DNA from: a virus
Taxonomy: Duplodnaviria; Caudoviricetes
IMG/VR virus record: IMGVR_UViG_2899275550_000002
Span: 1,930 to 65,929 of that record
Length of the DNA: 64,000 nt
Reading direction: 5' to 3' (one strand)
Shown: in pieces, positions 46,701 to 55,064 of the stretch
Layout: every line of letters starts with the position of its first letter
Position numbering within the stretch: the first letter of the stretch is position 1
Notes under the pieces: generated by a model
The model's input: only the letters and a program-made list of their open reading frames with translations
What the model was told of the DNA's origin: nothing
Database searches by the model: none
Position numbers and translations under genes: made by a program

Positions 46701-49700
46701 TTTGCCGAGAACGTGGCCGAGTTGGAGAAGGTCATCCCCGACCCGATCCCGCGCAGCGGCATTGTCGTACCCCTGGGCGCGCATTGGTTCGATCATGGCC
46801 TCTATGCTGAGTTCGCCAAGTCGAAAGGGCTGACCCTCAAGGCCGAGTTCAAGCGCGCCCTGGGCCAGTGGATTGTCGATGGCGATAAGAGCAGCGCACC
46901 GGCCAAGAACGAATGGGGCACCGAGGACGTGCCGTTCGCGGAGATGATGCGCCGCGCCATGAACAACAAGCCCATGCGCGTGTCGCGGACGGTGAAGAAC
47001 GCGGATGGCAGCACCACGACCTTTGTGGACGAGGAAGCCACCCAGGCCGCCGCCGACAAGGCAGCCGAGCTGCGCACCGCCTTTGCCGACTGGCTGTGGT
47101 CCGACGAGGCCCGGGCCGAGATGCTGGAGGAACGCTATAACGAGGCGTTTAATGCCGAGGTGGCGCCCGTCTATGATGGTGCCTACCTGACCACGCCGGG
47201 TATCAACGCAGGCTGGACCTGGCGGCCCCACCAGACCGCTGTTGTCGCGCGCATCCTGCAGTCGGGCAGCACCTACATGGCCCATGCGGTCGGCGCCGGT
47301 AAAACCAGCGCCATGATCGGCGCAGGCATGGAGGCCCGCCGCCTCGGGCTGGCACAGCGCCCGTGGTATTCGGTCCCGAACCACATGCTTGTGCAGTTCG
47401 CCACCGAGTTCCAGGAGCAATACCCGCTGGCGAATATCCTGGTTGCGGACGAGAACAACTTCCAGGGCGACCGTCGCCGCCAGTTCGTCGCGGACGCGGC
47501 CAGCGGCGATTACGATGCCGTCATCATCACGCACAGCGCGTTCGAGCTGATCCCGTCCAGCCCCGCCGCCAAGGCCGCTGTGGTCGAGGGGATGCTTGCC
47601 GACCTGCGCGAGCTGATCCAGGACCAGAGCGACAACCCACGCGATCGAGTGCCCGGCCAGGATCAGGCCACCCTGGGCGCGCTGAAATCCGTCGCTGCGG
47701 CCTTGGGCATCAAGGAAGGCAAGAAGGACGCAGGCGATAAGGTCAGCACCGCCAAGAAGATCGCGCAGATGATGGAGCAGGCCGAACAGCGCCTGACCGC
47801 CATGACGCAGGACACCGGCAAGGACGAGGTGTTCACCTTCGATGAGATCGGCGTCGACATGCTGTTCGTGGACGAGGCCCATCTGTTCCGCAAGCTGTCC
47901 TTCGCCACGACCAACGGCAGCATCAAAGGCATCGACCCCAAGGGGTCCAGCATGTCGATGGACCTCTACATCAAATCTCGATCGGTGGACCGGCGCAATC
48001 CGGGCCGCGGGCTGGTGTTCGCCTCGGGAACGCCGATCACCAACACCATGGCCGAGCTGTTCAGCCTGCAGCGTTTCATGCAGCCGCAGGCGTTGGACGA
48101 GCGCAACATCAGCGCCTTCGATGCCTGGGCGGCAACCTTTGGCGAGGTGGCGAGTGAATTGGAGCAGACCCCGGATGGGGGCTACAAGGAGGTCAGCCGG
48201 TTCAGCAAGTTCGTGAACACGCCCGAGCTGTCGTTGATGGTGCGGCAGGTCATGGACATCGTGACCAGCGCCGACCTTGAGAAATACGTCACCCGCCCGC
48301 AGCTGCGCGGCGGCGGGCGCAACCTGGTCGTGATCGAGTCCAGCCCGGAGCAGAAGGCGTTCCAGCGCGACCTGGCCGCTCGCATGAGGGCCATGCAGCA
48401 GCGCAAGGGCAAGCCGAAGCCCGGCGATGACATCATGCTGAACGTGGTGAACGATGGCCGCCTGGCTGCGATCGACATGCGGCTTGTGGACCCCACCGCC
48501 AGCGGCGAGGGCTCGAAGCTTGAGCGGATGATCCAGAATGTCTATCAGGGCTGGAAGGCCGGGGCCGATGCGCCCCTGCATGGCGTGAAGCCGGAAGGCG
48601 GCTATACCGCCAAGCCGGTGATGCGCGGCGCCACCACGCAGATCATCTTTTCCACGCTTGGCGTGAACCCCTCGAAGCACAATCCGAGCTTTTCGGTGCA
48701 TCGCCATATCAAGGCATCACTGATCCGCATGGGCGTGCCCGAGAGCGACATCATCATGGCGGGCGACCTGAAATCGCACCTGGCCAAGCAGCGCGCGTTC
48801 AACGACATGAACGAGGGCAAGCGCCGAATCCTGATCGGGTCCAAGTCGATCTTCACGGGCGTCAACGCGCAGCGCCGCCTGGCGCAAATCCACAACCTCG
48901 ACCCGCTATGGTTCCCCGCCGACGATGAGCAGCGCAACGGGCGCGGCATCCGGCAGGGGAACATGAACCCCGAGATCGCGATCAACGACTATTCGACCAA
49001 AGGCACCTATGACGCGACCATGTGGCAGATGATGGGCCGCAAGGCCGCATTCATCGAGGGCTTCTATCGCGGCGACCCGACCATGCGGGACATGGAGGAT
49101 CTGGGCGAGGCCAGCGCGTTCGAGCAGGCCAAGGCCATGACCACGAGCGACCCGCGCATCCTGCAGCTGACCGAGCTGAAAACCGAGCGCGACAAGCTGC
49201 GCCGCCGGGCGGGGGCCGTGGATACGCAGCGATCCAAGCTGCGCGCGCAGATCAGGTCGGCCATGCGCGGAATCGAGTTCAACCGCGACGAGGCGCGCAA
49301 AGTCGAACCCATCACGGGGGTGATCCCCGATCTTTCGGGCGACAAGTTCAAGATGCGCGTCGGCGCCACCGAGTTCGACAGCCGCAAGGAGGCTGGCGAG
49401 GCGATCATGGCGCGCGTCGAGGCGCTGGCCGAGGCTGGCAAGTCGGTGAGCGAGATTGTCGTCGGCAACATCGGCGGGTTCCCCGTCGAGGCTGACTGGT
49501 CGGAGCTCATGAAAAGCGCCCGCGTGGGCGTCCGTCACAGCCCGGTCATGGACCTGGCCGATGCCGAGTTCAGCGACGATCCCGTGGGCCTTGTCCGCAA
49601 GCTGGAACACGCCCTGAAGAAGCCGGAACGCTATCTGGAGTTCTATCAGGCCGAGGGGGCCAAGGCCGAGCGCCAGGCCGCCGCGCTGCGCGCCCAGCTG

Positions 49701-52700
49701 GAGGGCGTGAAGGAGTTTGCCGACCAGGCTAAGCTGGATGGCCTGGAAACCGAGATTGACACGCTGCAGGCGGCGCTGGTCGCGGATGCGGCGGCGGCCG
49801 AGGCCGAAGGCAATCAGGACGGACAGGTGGATGCCCCGCAGGAGTCCCGCTTCACAGCCGAGCCGGTTGTGAGCCTCACGGGCGACGAGCTGGGGGATTG
49901 GTCGGATATGCGCGACCTAGGCATGAAAGCCGAGGCTTGGTATCGGGAGAACCTTGTCGGCACGACCGTCACGATGGGCCAAACAGGCTGGAAGGTGCAG
50001 TTTGGCCGCGTGGGCTCGAAGAAGTTGGGCGGCCGGAAAGGTGATTTCCTGCTGCGGGCCGTGCCAGCCCTCGCGGCAATGATCGAGCAAGGAACGCTCG
50101 TTTCGAGCCAAGGCGACAGGAAGCGCGGCAACGAACGTCTGAAGTTCCATACCGTCCGGGCGCGTGTCTCGGTCGGCGGAGAGACGCATAATCTGTTCAT
50201 CACCATCCGAGAGGACGGTAATGGCCACTATCACTATGATCTGTCGATGGAGAACGGTGCCGAGGTCAGAAATTCAGGCGCGGCTGGTCGGGTAACTGAA
50301 GCCCGGAGCGGCGGTCTGAACGACCTCGGCACAATCAACATGGAGATCGCGGACAACTCTGTCAACGGCGCTGATCCTGAAATGACCCCTGCTTTTGCGC
50401 GTGCGATCAACGCTGCGGCCCGCGCGGAGCTGGAGAAGATCGGGATTGCCGGTCGTGTCCGGGCCGAGGCCGGGGGCGAGGGCCGCGCGGCTGGCACCTA
50501 TCAGCGCGGCGTCATCCGCATCCTTCGCACCCGCGCAGGCAAGTGGCGGCACACGCTCGATCACGAGATACTGCACGCTCTGCGCGACCCCGAGGCCTGG
50601 AGCGGCGAGGCGGGCCTGTTCACCCGGGCGGAATGGAGCGCCCTGGCGCGGGCGGCGCGGGCCGACAAGGCCGTGCGCGAGCGCGTCGAGGCGGCCTATC
50701 CTGATCTGACCGAGGCCGGGCGCACCGAGGAGATGGTGGCGGAGTTCTATGCCGATTGGGCACAGGGCAACCGTGAGGCCCCTGCCGGGCCGATGGCAAA
50801 TGCCCTGGGCCGCATCCGATCCTTCTTCAATGCCGTGGCGTCCGCGCTGCGCGGCGAGGGGTTCCAGGACGCGGCCACGATCATGCGGCGGATCGCCGGG
50901 GGCGAGGTCGGCGGGCGCGGGCCGGATGGGCCCGGTACCGGGCGCGGCGCGGCGCGCGAGCAGCGTAACATGGATGGCCTGACCAGTGCCCTGCGCGAGG
51001 GTGCCGCCCGGACCCGGAAACGGAGCGGGGTGGCCGCCCGCGCGCTGTTCAGCCGCGAGGCATGGAGCAATTCGCCCGAGGTGTTCAGCAATTTCCTGAC
51101 CGACGCCATGGGCCGCAACCAGCAGTTCAACCTGCTGGGCGCGGTGCCGGGCTATTCCCTGTTCAAGGAGCTGGGCAAGAACCTGTCGGCGGCCCAGACC
51201 TATCTGGGGCTCAAGCAGTCGATGGATGCCGAACGCAACGACTGGCAGGCCCGCGCCGCCGCAGCGGTGGACGAGTGGACCAAGATCGGCCGCAAGGACC
51301 AGGAGGCCAACACCCGCCTCATGGACCTGATGCACGAAAGCACGCTGGCTGGTATCGACCCGAGCAAGACCGACGACTGGCGGCACCCGCACCTGGACAG
51401 CGCGCGGCGCATCGACCGCGCCGATGTTGCCAGCCCCGAGGATCGCGCCTTTGCCGCCCGCGTGGCGCAGGAGATCGCGGACCATGAGGCAACCTATGAC
51501 CGCCTCAAGCGGCAGTTCGACGCGCTGCCGGCCGATTTCCAGTCCCTCTATGGCAAGGTCCGCGACGAATACGCGACTATGGCCGACGCGACCGATCAGG
51601 CCGTGCTGGACAACGTGAAGGTGGCGAACGAGCTGGCACTGAAGCGTGCCCAGAAGAAGCACAAGGACGAGATGCAGCGCATCAAGGACGAGGGGCTGAC
51701 CGGGGCTGCGCGCGACGAGGCCGTCGACCAGGCCGACCGTCGCCTGGCCGCCACCCAGAAGCGGGCGCGGGACAACGGCGCGGCCAGGATGGCAAGTCTG
51801 CGCGCAGCCTTCGAGACGAACCGCCTCAAGGGCCCGTATTTCCCGCTCGCTCGCTTCGGCAGCTATTTCGTCTCCGTGCGGGATGCCGATGGCGCTGTCA
51901 TTTCGTTCAGCCGGTTCGAGAAGAAAGCCCAGCAGGAGGACGAGGTGGCCCGCGCCGAAAAAGAGGGCGCGGCGGAAGGCTGGACCGTCACCCGTGGCGT
52001 CCTGGGCGGCGATGCCGACCTGAAAGGCATGGTGGACCCGCGCTTTGTGAGCGAGGTCGAGGGCATTCTGTCGGAATCGGACGCCAGCCCGGAGACGATG
52101 GACGCGATCTGGCAGCATTGGCTGGAGAGCCTGCCTGACCTGTCGGTGCGCAAGAGCCGGATCCACCGCAAGGGCCGGTCAGGATTCAACAAGGATGCGG
52201 TGCGGGCCTTTTCGTCGGCGATGTTCCACGGCGCGCACAACCTGGCGCGGCTGCGGTATGGCCTGCGCATGGATGATGCCCTGAACGAGGCCGAGGCGCA
52301 GGCCGGGCGTCAGGCTGATCCCGAGCGGGCCGGGTTCGTGGTGCGTGAGATGCGCCAGCGGCACAATTTCACCATGAAGCCGACGAACAACCCGTTGGTG
52401 ACGGCGGGCACGTCGCTCGCCTTCGTCTGGTATCTGGGCATGTCGCCTGCCTCTGCGCTGGTCAACATCAGCCAGACCACCATCTTCGGCGTGCCGATCC
52501 TGCGCACAGCCTTCCCCAAGGCGGGCGTGACGGGAGCCACAAAAGCCCTGGGCAAGGCCGCCGCTGATTTCGGGCGCGGCAAGGGCTGGACCGAGCGCAG
52601 CAAGAACCTGACCGAGGATGAGCGGGCCGCGATCCAGGAAGGCTATCGCCGGGGCACGATCGACAAGACGCAGGCGCATGATCTGGCCGCCGTCGCGGAG

Positions 52701-53942
52701 TCGGGCGTAGCCTACAACCCGACCCGCGAGAAGGTGATGCGGACCATCGGGTTCATGTTCCACCATGCCGAGCGCCTGAACCGTGAGGTGACGTTCCTGG
52801 CAGCCTACCGGCTGGCGCGGGCGGATGGTCGCGATCATGATGCCTCGATCAACGATGCCGCCGACCTGACCTGGCGCACGCATTTCGATTACCAGAACAC
52901 CGCGCGCCCGCGGATGATGCAGGGGGATTTCGAGAAGATCATCTTCACCTTCCGCAATTTCACGGTGAACGCGCTGTATCGCCTATTCCGCGACACGCAC
53001 CAAGCGTTCGCGGGCGCCACGGCAGAGGAACGGCGCGAGGCACGCGGCCAGCTGGTCGGCGTCAGCCTGTCGATGATGGCCCATGCCGGGATCAAGGGCG
53101 TCTGGGGCTATGGCCTGTTGATGGCCCTGCTGGGCGCGGTGATGCCGGGCGGCGATGGCGACGACATCGAGGACTGGATTCAGGACGCGCTTCTGATGGA
53201 GGGCGATGATCTGGGCACGGCCGCATGGAATTGGGCGATGGGCATGGTCCTGCACGGCGTTCCCGGAACGGTCACAGGTACCAGCCTGACGGAACGGCTT
53301 GGGATGCCAAACCTGTGGTTCCGCCCCCCTCGCGAGGGCACCGAAGGCCAGGACGTTTGGGCGCACTACCTGGAGCAGTTTGCGGGGCCTGTCGTGGGTA
53401 TCGGCGGGCAGTTCATGTCGGGCCTGTCGATGATCGGGGATGCCTGGTCGGAAGGGAACGGCGACAACCTGATGCGCGGCGCTGAGAAGCTGGTGCCCAA
53501 TTTCGTGAGCAACGGCGTCATCAAGCCCGCCCGGTTCATGACCTATGGAGCGAACAGCTATTATGGCGATCCGCTGATGGAGGTTGGGCCCCTCGATGCG
53601 GTGCGTACCGCCATGGGGTTCACGCCTGCCGAGCTGGCCGAGCGGTATCAGATCAACGCGCGCCTCAAGGCCCGCGAGCGGGAGATTACGGGCCGCCGCG
53701 CCCGCATCCACCGGCTGATCGGAAAGGCCATGCAGGATGGGGGCGAGATCCCGGCGCGCGTCATGCGCGACATGCAGGAGTTCAACCGCGAGTTCCCCGA
53801 ATACCCGATCACCCGCGACACGATCCGGCAGTCGATCCGCAGCCGAGCGCGGGCGAAGGAGCGCAACGAATTCGGCGTGACGCTTAACAGCAAGCTGAAT
53901 GACCGCCTGCGCGGCGAGATGCCCACGCCGGTCTATAACTGA
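40758..53942 (+). CDS. Giant DarB-like polyvalent protein (N6-MTase + SNF2 helicase + metallopeptidase + PLxRFG domain)
   Basis: FEPGMGVG and GNPPF (about 45040-45245), HAVGAGKT (about 47283), DEAH (about 47871), HEILH (about 50562), PLARFG (about 51843). Confidence 0.92.
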   Translation: MSGNTPAARAIAQIDALYGAQTAPQSTDIKAISRKTRVPVNVLVALDEGRGDLKAVEAHATRIAQAVEAGKPIEDAIYEVAGDEGRGRAILDTAYDLADRMEPPAPAAADSGNDGRVGIAEGVAGIARDFGSGMLRAGGGALEAAGVVADEAVRGAFSDDPSQATPLRGAGRAAGDVARGAGEGIAAGRSEDYQRVREGTQPGGSLADPSSWSLGDDPSMLGLAGLTAEGLGSMAPVVAAGVLTKSPALAGSIVGGLMGGGEGVETGRQFVQDAAKTLDENGRPVIEGLPEYQKLREAGTSHDRAVADLTRRAENEAGFRQGMVAGLGGAATNRILMGADGWLGRGGRLARAGKKGAASALEEGAQETAEGVAGGLGIEAATGANVDLMEDSFGDFVAGSLAGGAMGAGAGALGRGTDRPDPQPDTPPAPPERLALPAPENGGTIFGRPPSADINPAMPLGLPSPTNGGTIIPPAPAPRQPGEPEPITVRQTPDLAGPSPDAPAPLVPAGGSSLDQTAAPTLSSSLGAGAAVPDAGMGIMPVPPVAPPAGPVEAIAQSLAASIPAPVAEPAPRFPDQKPGATVLLGSPEGANENAVFLRETPEGALVRIQGQEVELTPEAFDAARNQAEVNQNREETPRGDLGGNSVAASVGAKKRTPIALSVEEEFARLNPEQARKRLDGLTAQAKQRGWDARRRNLRTILEGRIALGGPANVEPTSAEDGPEGGPAPAGVDDVRADSGEGAAARGVPDQEGAQAPGGMDREPGEGATRPEPDGGAVGGLDVAGDTGKLGGSLTAARAAGLITHTTKKGKAKTGYVLQGVTKAEADAIDPYSFKKDGGVFVNAERADAFAPAENAAKSNPEVLTVGVDKQKPPRVKRDTREASNDNAPNVENGRVRNLATDESQMPTADAQGLSDIRRGGDNDSPGMGGRLSGLPSGGRAEAEPNPLDRPDQAGTGLSSRQRSMGDASAASGEQAGVRQRLGGQNGDGNSQSGGDRSIDPVSQAGSRDADGEGVEQPAPSNRSISEDADPQRRVASAEGMGAEGGVEANDTSREATARLDGQSGTDDAGVTAPAAAPPPTGVAAALSDADQARMAELKNKLADRLRNQANSGLDPELLGMAVELTGLYVKGGIRKFGAMLRDFMADTGLTARESQRYMRAAYNDVRDNADLNGEDVSAFDTADQVMAEVRAALAEPETAPVETATSQESPEGDSIGQDTQPEGAPDDRNSTDEGDGRASPDRGPQDPETRPERAEGSRQRRGRADAGQSGPEPDAGRSGGRRDDARDGDGRSDGRAVDGQRLEPGRNHVIPEGGLALKGGDKTRARAAVKAIEIVRDLEREGRPATYNERQQLAQYGGAGVLAPALPNSAGKIRMEDIAADLDHLLTPEERATIEKTSQYAFYTAEPVLRNMWALAQRLGFTGGQVFEPGMGVGGFAGTMPKSVFGQYSGIELDHVTAKIAAALYPQSHIKHGDFIQTPMPRDFYDLVIGNPPFSQTKITADPAYPQGFMIHDYFFAKSLDSVRPGGLLMFVTSAGTMNKRNTKARDYLADRADLVGAVRLPNTAFAENGTQVTTDIIVLRKRLEGEAEANPAWRESTLVTYPDGKGGTVDLAVNRYFQENPEMILGEQGAFDTLVGAPRIGVRPREGANLARDLRTALESFPERIMSAPSALQMMDGPRDATSAETKTGSYYLKDGELWQFDGREGKPVQRKGKSGGGMTKGDYELITQLVPIRNALRAVYTADLAETDATAARAELNRLYDAFVEKNGPLNKVEESYRRPSAVELEGLRQRAAEDARSAGLDFDTGSFDAGPLIEAEASMAAIARARREASHEPGYREGTFNPDAVPDKVIEKFPNMDPFRGDPESFRLRAIEKFDRATGQARKTRVFTENAVKKATAPKINSPEDALLHQLADTGRIDIDRIAEASGSTPERVRAELKGKVFENPATGEMETRTRYLSGNVRRKLAEAQAAIARDIRFAENVAELEKVIPDPIPRSGIVVPLGAHWFDHGLYAEFAKSKGLTLKAEFKRALGQWIVDGDKSSAPAKNEWGTEDVPFAEMMRRAMNNKPMRVSRTVKNADGSTTTFVDEEATQAAADKAAELRTAFADWLWSDEARAEMLEERYNEAFNAEVAPVYDGAYLTTPGINAGWTWRPHQTAVVARILQSGSTYMAHAVGAGKTSAMIGAGMEARRLGLAQRPWYSVPNHMLVQFATEFQEQYPLANILVADENNFQGDRRRQFVADAASGDYDAVIITHSAFELIPSSPAAKAAVVEGMLADLRELIQDQSDNPRDRVPGQDQATLGALKSVAAALGIKEGKKDAGDKVSTAKKIAQMMEQAEQRLTAMTQDTGKDEVFTFDEIGVDMLFVDEAHLFRKLSFATTNGSIKGIDPKGSSMSMDLYIKSRSVDRRNPGRGLVFASGTPITNTMAELFSLQRFMQPQALDERNISAFDAWAATFGEVASELEQTPDGGYKEVSRFSKFVNTPELSLMVRQVMDIVTSADLEKYVTRPQLRGGGRNLVVIESSPEQKAFQRDLAARMRAMQQRKGKPKPGDDIMLNVVNDGRLAAIDMRLVDPTASGEGSKLERMIQNVYQGWKAGADAPLHGVKPEGGYTAKPVMRGATTQIIFSTLGVNPSKHNPSFSVHRHIKASLIRMGVPESDIIMAGDLKSHLAKQRAFNDMNEGKRRILIGSKSIFTGVNAQRRLAQIHNLDPLWFPADDEQRNGRGIRQGNMNPEIAINDYSTKGTYDATMWQMMGRKAAFIEGFYRGDPTMRDMEDLGEASAFEQAKAMTTSDPRILQLTELKTERDKLRRRAGAVDTQRSKLRAQIRSAMRGIEFNRDEARKVEPITGVIPDLSGDKFKMRVGATEFDSRKEAGEAIMARVEALAEAGKSVSEIVVGNIGGFPVEADWSELMKSARVGVRHSPVMDLADAEFSDDPVGLVRKLEHALKKPERYLEFYQAEGAKAERQAAALRAQLEGVKEFADQAKLDGLETEIDTLQAALVADAAAAEAEGNQDGQVDAPQESRFTAEPVVSLTGDELGDWSDMRDLGMKAEAWYRENLVGTTVTMGQTGWKVQFGRVGSKKLGGRKGDFLLRAVPALAAMIEQGTLVSSQGDRKRGNERLKFHTVRARVSVGGETHNLFITIREDGNGHYHYDLSMENGAEVRNSGAAGRVTEARSGGLNDLGTINMEIADNSVNGADPEMTPAFARAINAAARAELEKIGIAGRVRAEAGGEGRAAGTYQRGVIRILRTRAGKWRHTLDHEILHALRDPEAWSGEAGLFTRAEWSALARAARADKAVRERVEAAYPDLTEAGRTEEMVAEFYADWAQGNREAPAGPMANALGRIRSFFNAVASALRGEGFQDAATIMRRIAGGEVGGRGPDGPGTGRGAAREQRNMDGLTSALREGAARTRKRSGVAARALFSREAWSNSPEVFSNFLTDAMGRNQQFNLLGAVPGYSLFKELGKNLSAAQTYLGLKQSMDAERNDWQARAAAAVDEWTKIGRKDQEANTRLMDLMHESTLAGIDPSKTDDWRHPHLDSARRIDRADVASPEDRAFAARVAQEIADHEATYDRLKRQFDALPADFQSLYGKVRDEYATMADATDQAVLDNVKVANELALKRAQKKHKDEMQRIKDEGLTGAARDEAVDQADRRLAATQKRARDNGAARMASLRAAFETNRLKGPYFPLARFGSYFVSVRDADGAVISFSRFEKKAQQEDEVARAEKEGAAEGWTVTRGVLGGDADLKGMVDPRFVSEVEGILSESDASPETMDAIWQHWLESLPDLSVRKSRIHRKGRSGFNKDAVRAFSSAMFHGAHNLARLRYGLRMDDALNEAEAQAGRQADPERAGFVVREMRQRHNFTMKPTNNPLVTAGTSLAFVWYLGMSPASALVNISQTTIFGVPILRTAFPKAGVTGATKALGKAAADFGRGKGWTERSKNLTEDERAAIQEGYRRGTIDKTQAHDLAAVAESGVAYNPTREKVMRTIGFMFHHAERLNREVTFLAAYRLARADGRDHDASINDAADLTWRTHFDYQNTARPRMMQGDFEKIIFTFRNFTVNALYRLFRDTHQAFAGATAEERREARGQLVGVSLSMMAHAGIKGVWGYGLLMALLGAVMPGGDGDDIEDWIQDALLMEGDDLGTAAWNWAMGMVLHGVPGTVTGTSLTERLGMPNLWFRPPREGTEGQDVWAHYLEQFAGPVVGIGGQFMSGLSMIGDAWSEGNGDNLMRGAEKLVPNFVSNGVIKPARFMTYGANSYYGDPLMEVGPLDAVRTAMGFTPAELAERYQINARLKAREREITGRRARIHRLIGKAMQDGGEIPARVMRDMQEFNREFPEYPITRDTIRQSIRSRARAKERNEFGVTLNSKLNDRLRGEMPTPVYN
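42895..43140 (+). CDS. Small gene nested in the +1 frame of the DarB-like ORF
   Basis: GGAGG at 42882, 8 nt before ATG; 81-aa Trp-rich helical product; the DarB frame here reads as low-complexity linker. Confidence 0.5.
   Translation: MWNPQAQKMGPRAGLPPLGWMMCARTAAKELQRAGFLTRKERKRLVAWIENPEREQPDPSLTAVLWAVWMWQATPGSWAVH
43411..43971 (+). CDS. HNH homing endonuclease nested in the +1 frame of the DarB-like ORF
   Basis: YGTWQRMKARC, YGGAGITI, SIDRI...GYRPGNVRWAT...QAEN; two C-terminal HTH-like repeats; GGGAGG SD; lower GC. Confidence 0.88.
   Translation: MTTHRMSKTVEYGTWQRMKARCLRPTHKDYPTYGGAGITIAPEWVDDFPAFLAEVGLKPSPIHSIDRIKPELGYRPGNVRWATPQQQAENRPGFVKDLAGKTAMETAKAAGIVPSTLYRRLAVGMPMEKVLSNQRLPTGPYRRMLTHNGESLPLKVWARKVGLKPTTLRERLRRGWTVNQALTTRV
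44437..44667 (+). CDS. Small gene nested in the +1 frame of the DarB-like ORF
   Basis: GGAGGG at 44423, 8 nt before ATG; 76-aa helical product (MIETALMKAMVEQAP...). Confidence 0.55.
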   Translation: MIETALMKAMVEQAPTEARKIQKRGPNALKDHVSAVVERTRANLDPNPTQDDPAGDVMMREMVMAEAMAELSMGND

Positions 53943-53986
53943 CGCTGGCGCGACATGGGGGTGATCTGTTAGATTGCCCCCATCCG

Positions 53987-54033
53987 CTCGCACAGGACGT
54001 GACGAGGCCCCACCGATCAGGAGCCCCACGTCC
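53987..54033 (+). promoter_or_regulatory. Leader RNA switch of the second tail module
   Basis: CTCG-CAC-AGGAC-GTG-(A)-CGAG hairpin; GGACGTG (53995-54001) is complementary to CACGTCC (54027-54033). Confidence 0.75.
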
Positions 54034-54273
54034 ATGGCCGATTACCCCGATATCCTCGTTGGTCCCGATTACGTCGATCTGCCCGTGGCAGACGAGCCGA
54101 CCGTCATCTACGTGGACGGCGATGCGCGCATCACGTCACACAGCGCGCCCGCAGGAGCGACCCAGGGCATCCCGCTCAAGGCGGGCAATCTCTATCCACT
54201 GAGCGCCGACAACGCCTTCAAGATTAAATCCGACCAGGGCACCCCTGTCACCGTGGTTCGGGCCACGGCCTGA
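54034..54273 (+). CDS. Small beta-rich structural protein
   Basis: CAGGAG SD; 79 aa; GIPLKAG motif. Confidence 0.75.
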   Translation: MADYPDILVGPDYVDLPVADEPTVIYVDGDARITSHSAPAGATQGIPLKAGNLYPLSADNAFKIKSDQGTPVTVVRATA

Positions 54274-55064
54274 TGCGTTGGGCGTTCGCTGACAGGCGAT
54301 GGCAGCTGGGCTACAGCCCCATCTTCAAAAGGGGCACCTTCCTGTCGTTGGCCCCGCGCTTTGCCGTGCAGCCCGCCCTGACGGCGGCGTTGGCGATGGC
54401 AGGCGAACCCATCGGCGTTTTGCTGGGCGAACCGGCAGACCCATCGGTCAATCTGACCTATGCGCTGGACCTGGGCGGTGAGGACGTGTCCGAGCTGCTA
54501 TCCGGGGGCACCATCACGCCACCGGCCAACCTGACTGCGCCCGCGATCCTTTACCTGACCGTGACCCTGACAGACGCGGAGAACCGGACCCGCGTGCGCG
54601 TCATCGCGCTGCAGATCGCCCCGCGCCCCGTCATCACCCCGCCCTTCTTCGATCCCGAGCCTCGGTTCCATCCTGCCACCGCGCGGGCAGGCGAGCAAAT
54701 CCGAGTCCTCTGGGGCGAGTATGGCGGGACGGAGCCCATCGAGGTCGAGTTCTTCCTCGATCTGAACGATGTCGACATGCTGCCTGACCTTCTGCCGGGC
54801 GATCTGCTGGACCTTCCTGCAGCTGGCACGCTCACGGCGCGCGTGCGCCTGACCGGGCCGGGCGATGTGGTGGTCGAGGCCACCGCTGTCGCGACAATCG
54901 AGGCCGCACTGGTGCCGCCGCCTGATCCAGACCCCGATCCCGAGCCGGTGCAGACCGTCATCATCCCGACCCGCCTTGGCTACATCGTCGTGAGCCTGGC
55001 GCCGGTCCCCGATTTCACATTCGAGCCGACCACGAGCGGCTACATCGTAAAGGAACCTGTCTGA
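54273..55064 (+). CDS. Ig-like virion accessory protein
   Basis: Beta-rich, Pro-rich; coupled to neighbours. Confidence 0.7.
   Translation: MRWAFADRRWQLGYSPIFKRGTFLSLAPRFAVQPALTAALAMAGEPIGVLLGEPADPSVNLTYALDLGGEDVSELLSGGTITPPANLTAPAILYLTVTLTDAENRTRVRVIALQIAPRPVITPPFFDPEPRFHPATARAGEQIRVLWGEYGGTEPIEVEFFLDLNDVDMLPDLLPGDLLDLPAAGTLTARVRLTGPGDVVVEATAVATIEAALVPPPDPDPDPEPVQTVIIPTRLGYIVVSLAPVPDFTFEPTTSGYIVKEPV

Noticed and set aside
45219-48707. 1162-aa minus-strand ORF (and 50274..52166)
   Set aside because: Antisense shadows of the DarB MTase/helicase region; composition typical of a reverse frame
50749-50982. Further nested ORF in DarB
   Set aside because: Weak, closely spaced SD and a low-complexity Arg/Pro/Gly product typical of an off-frame read
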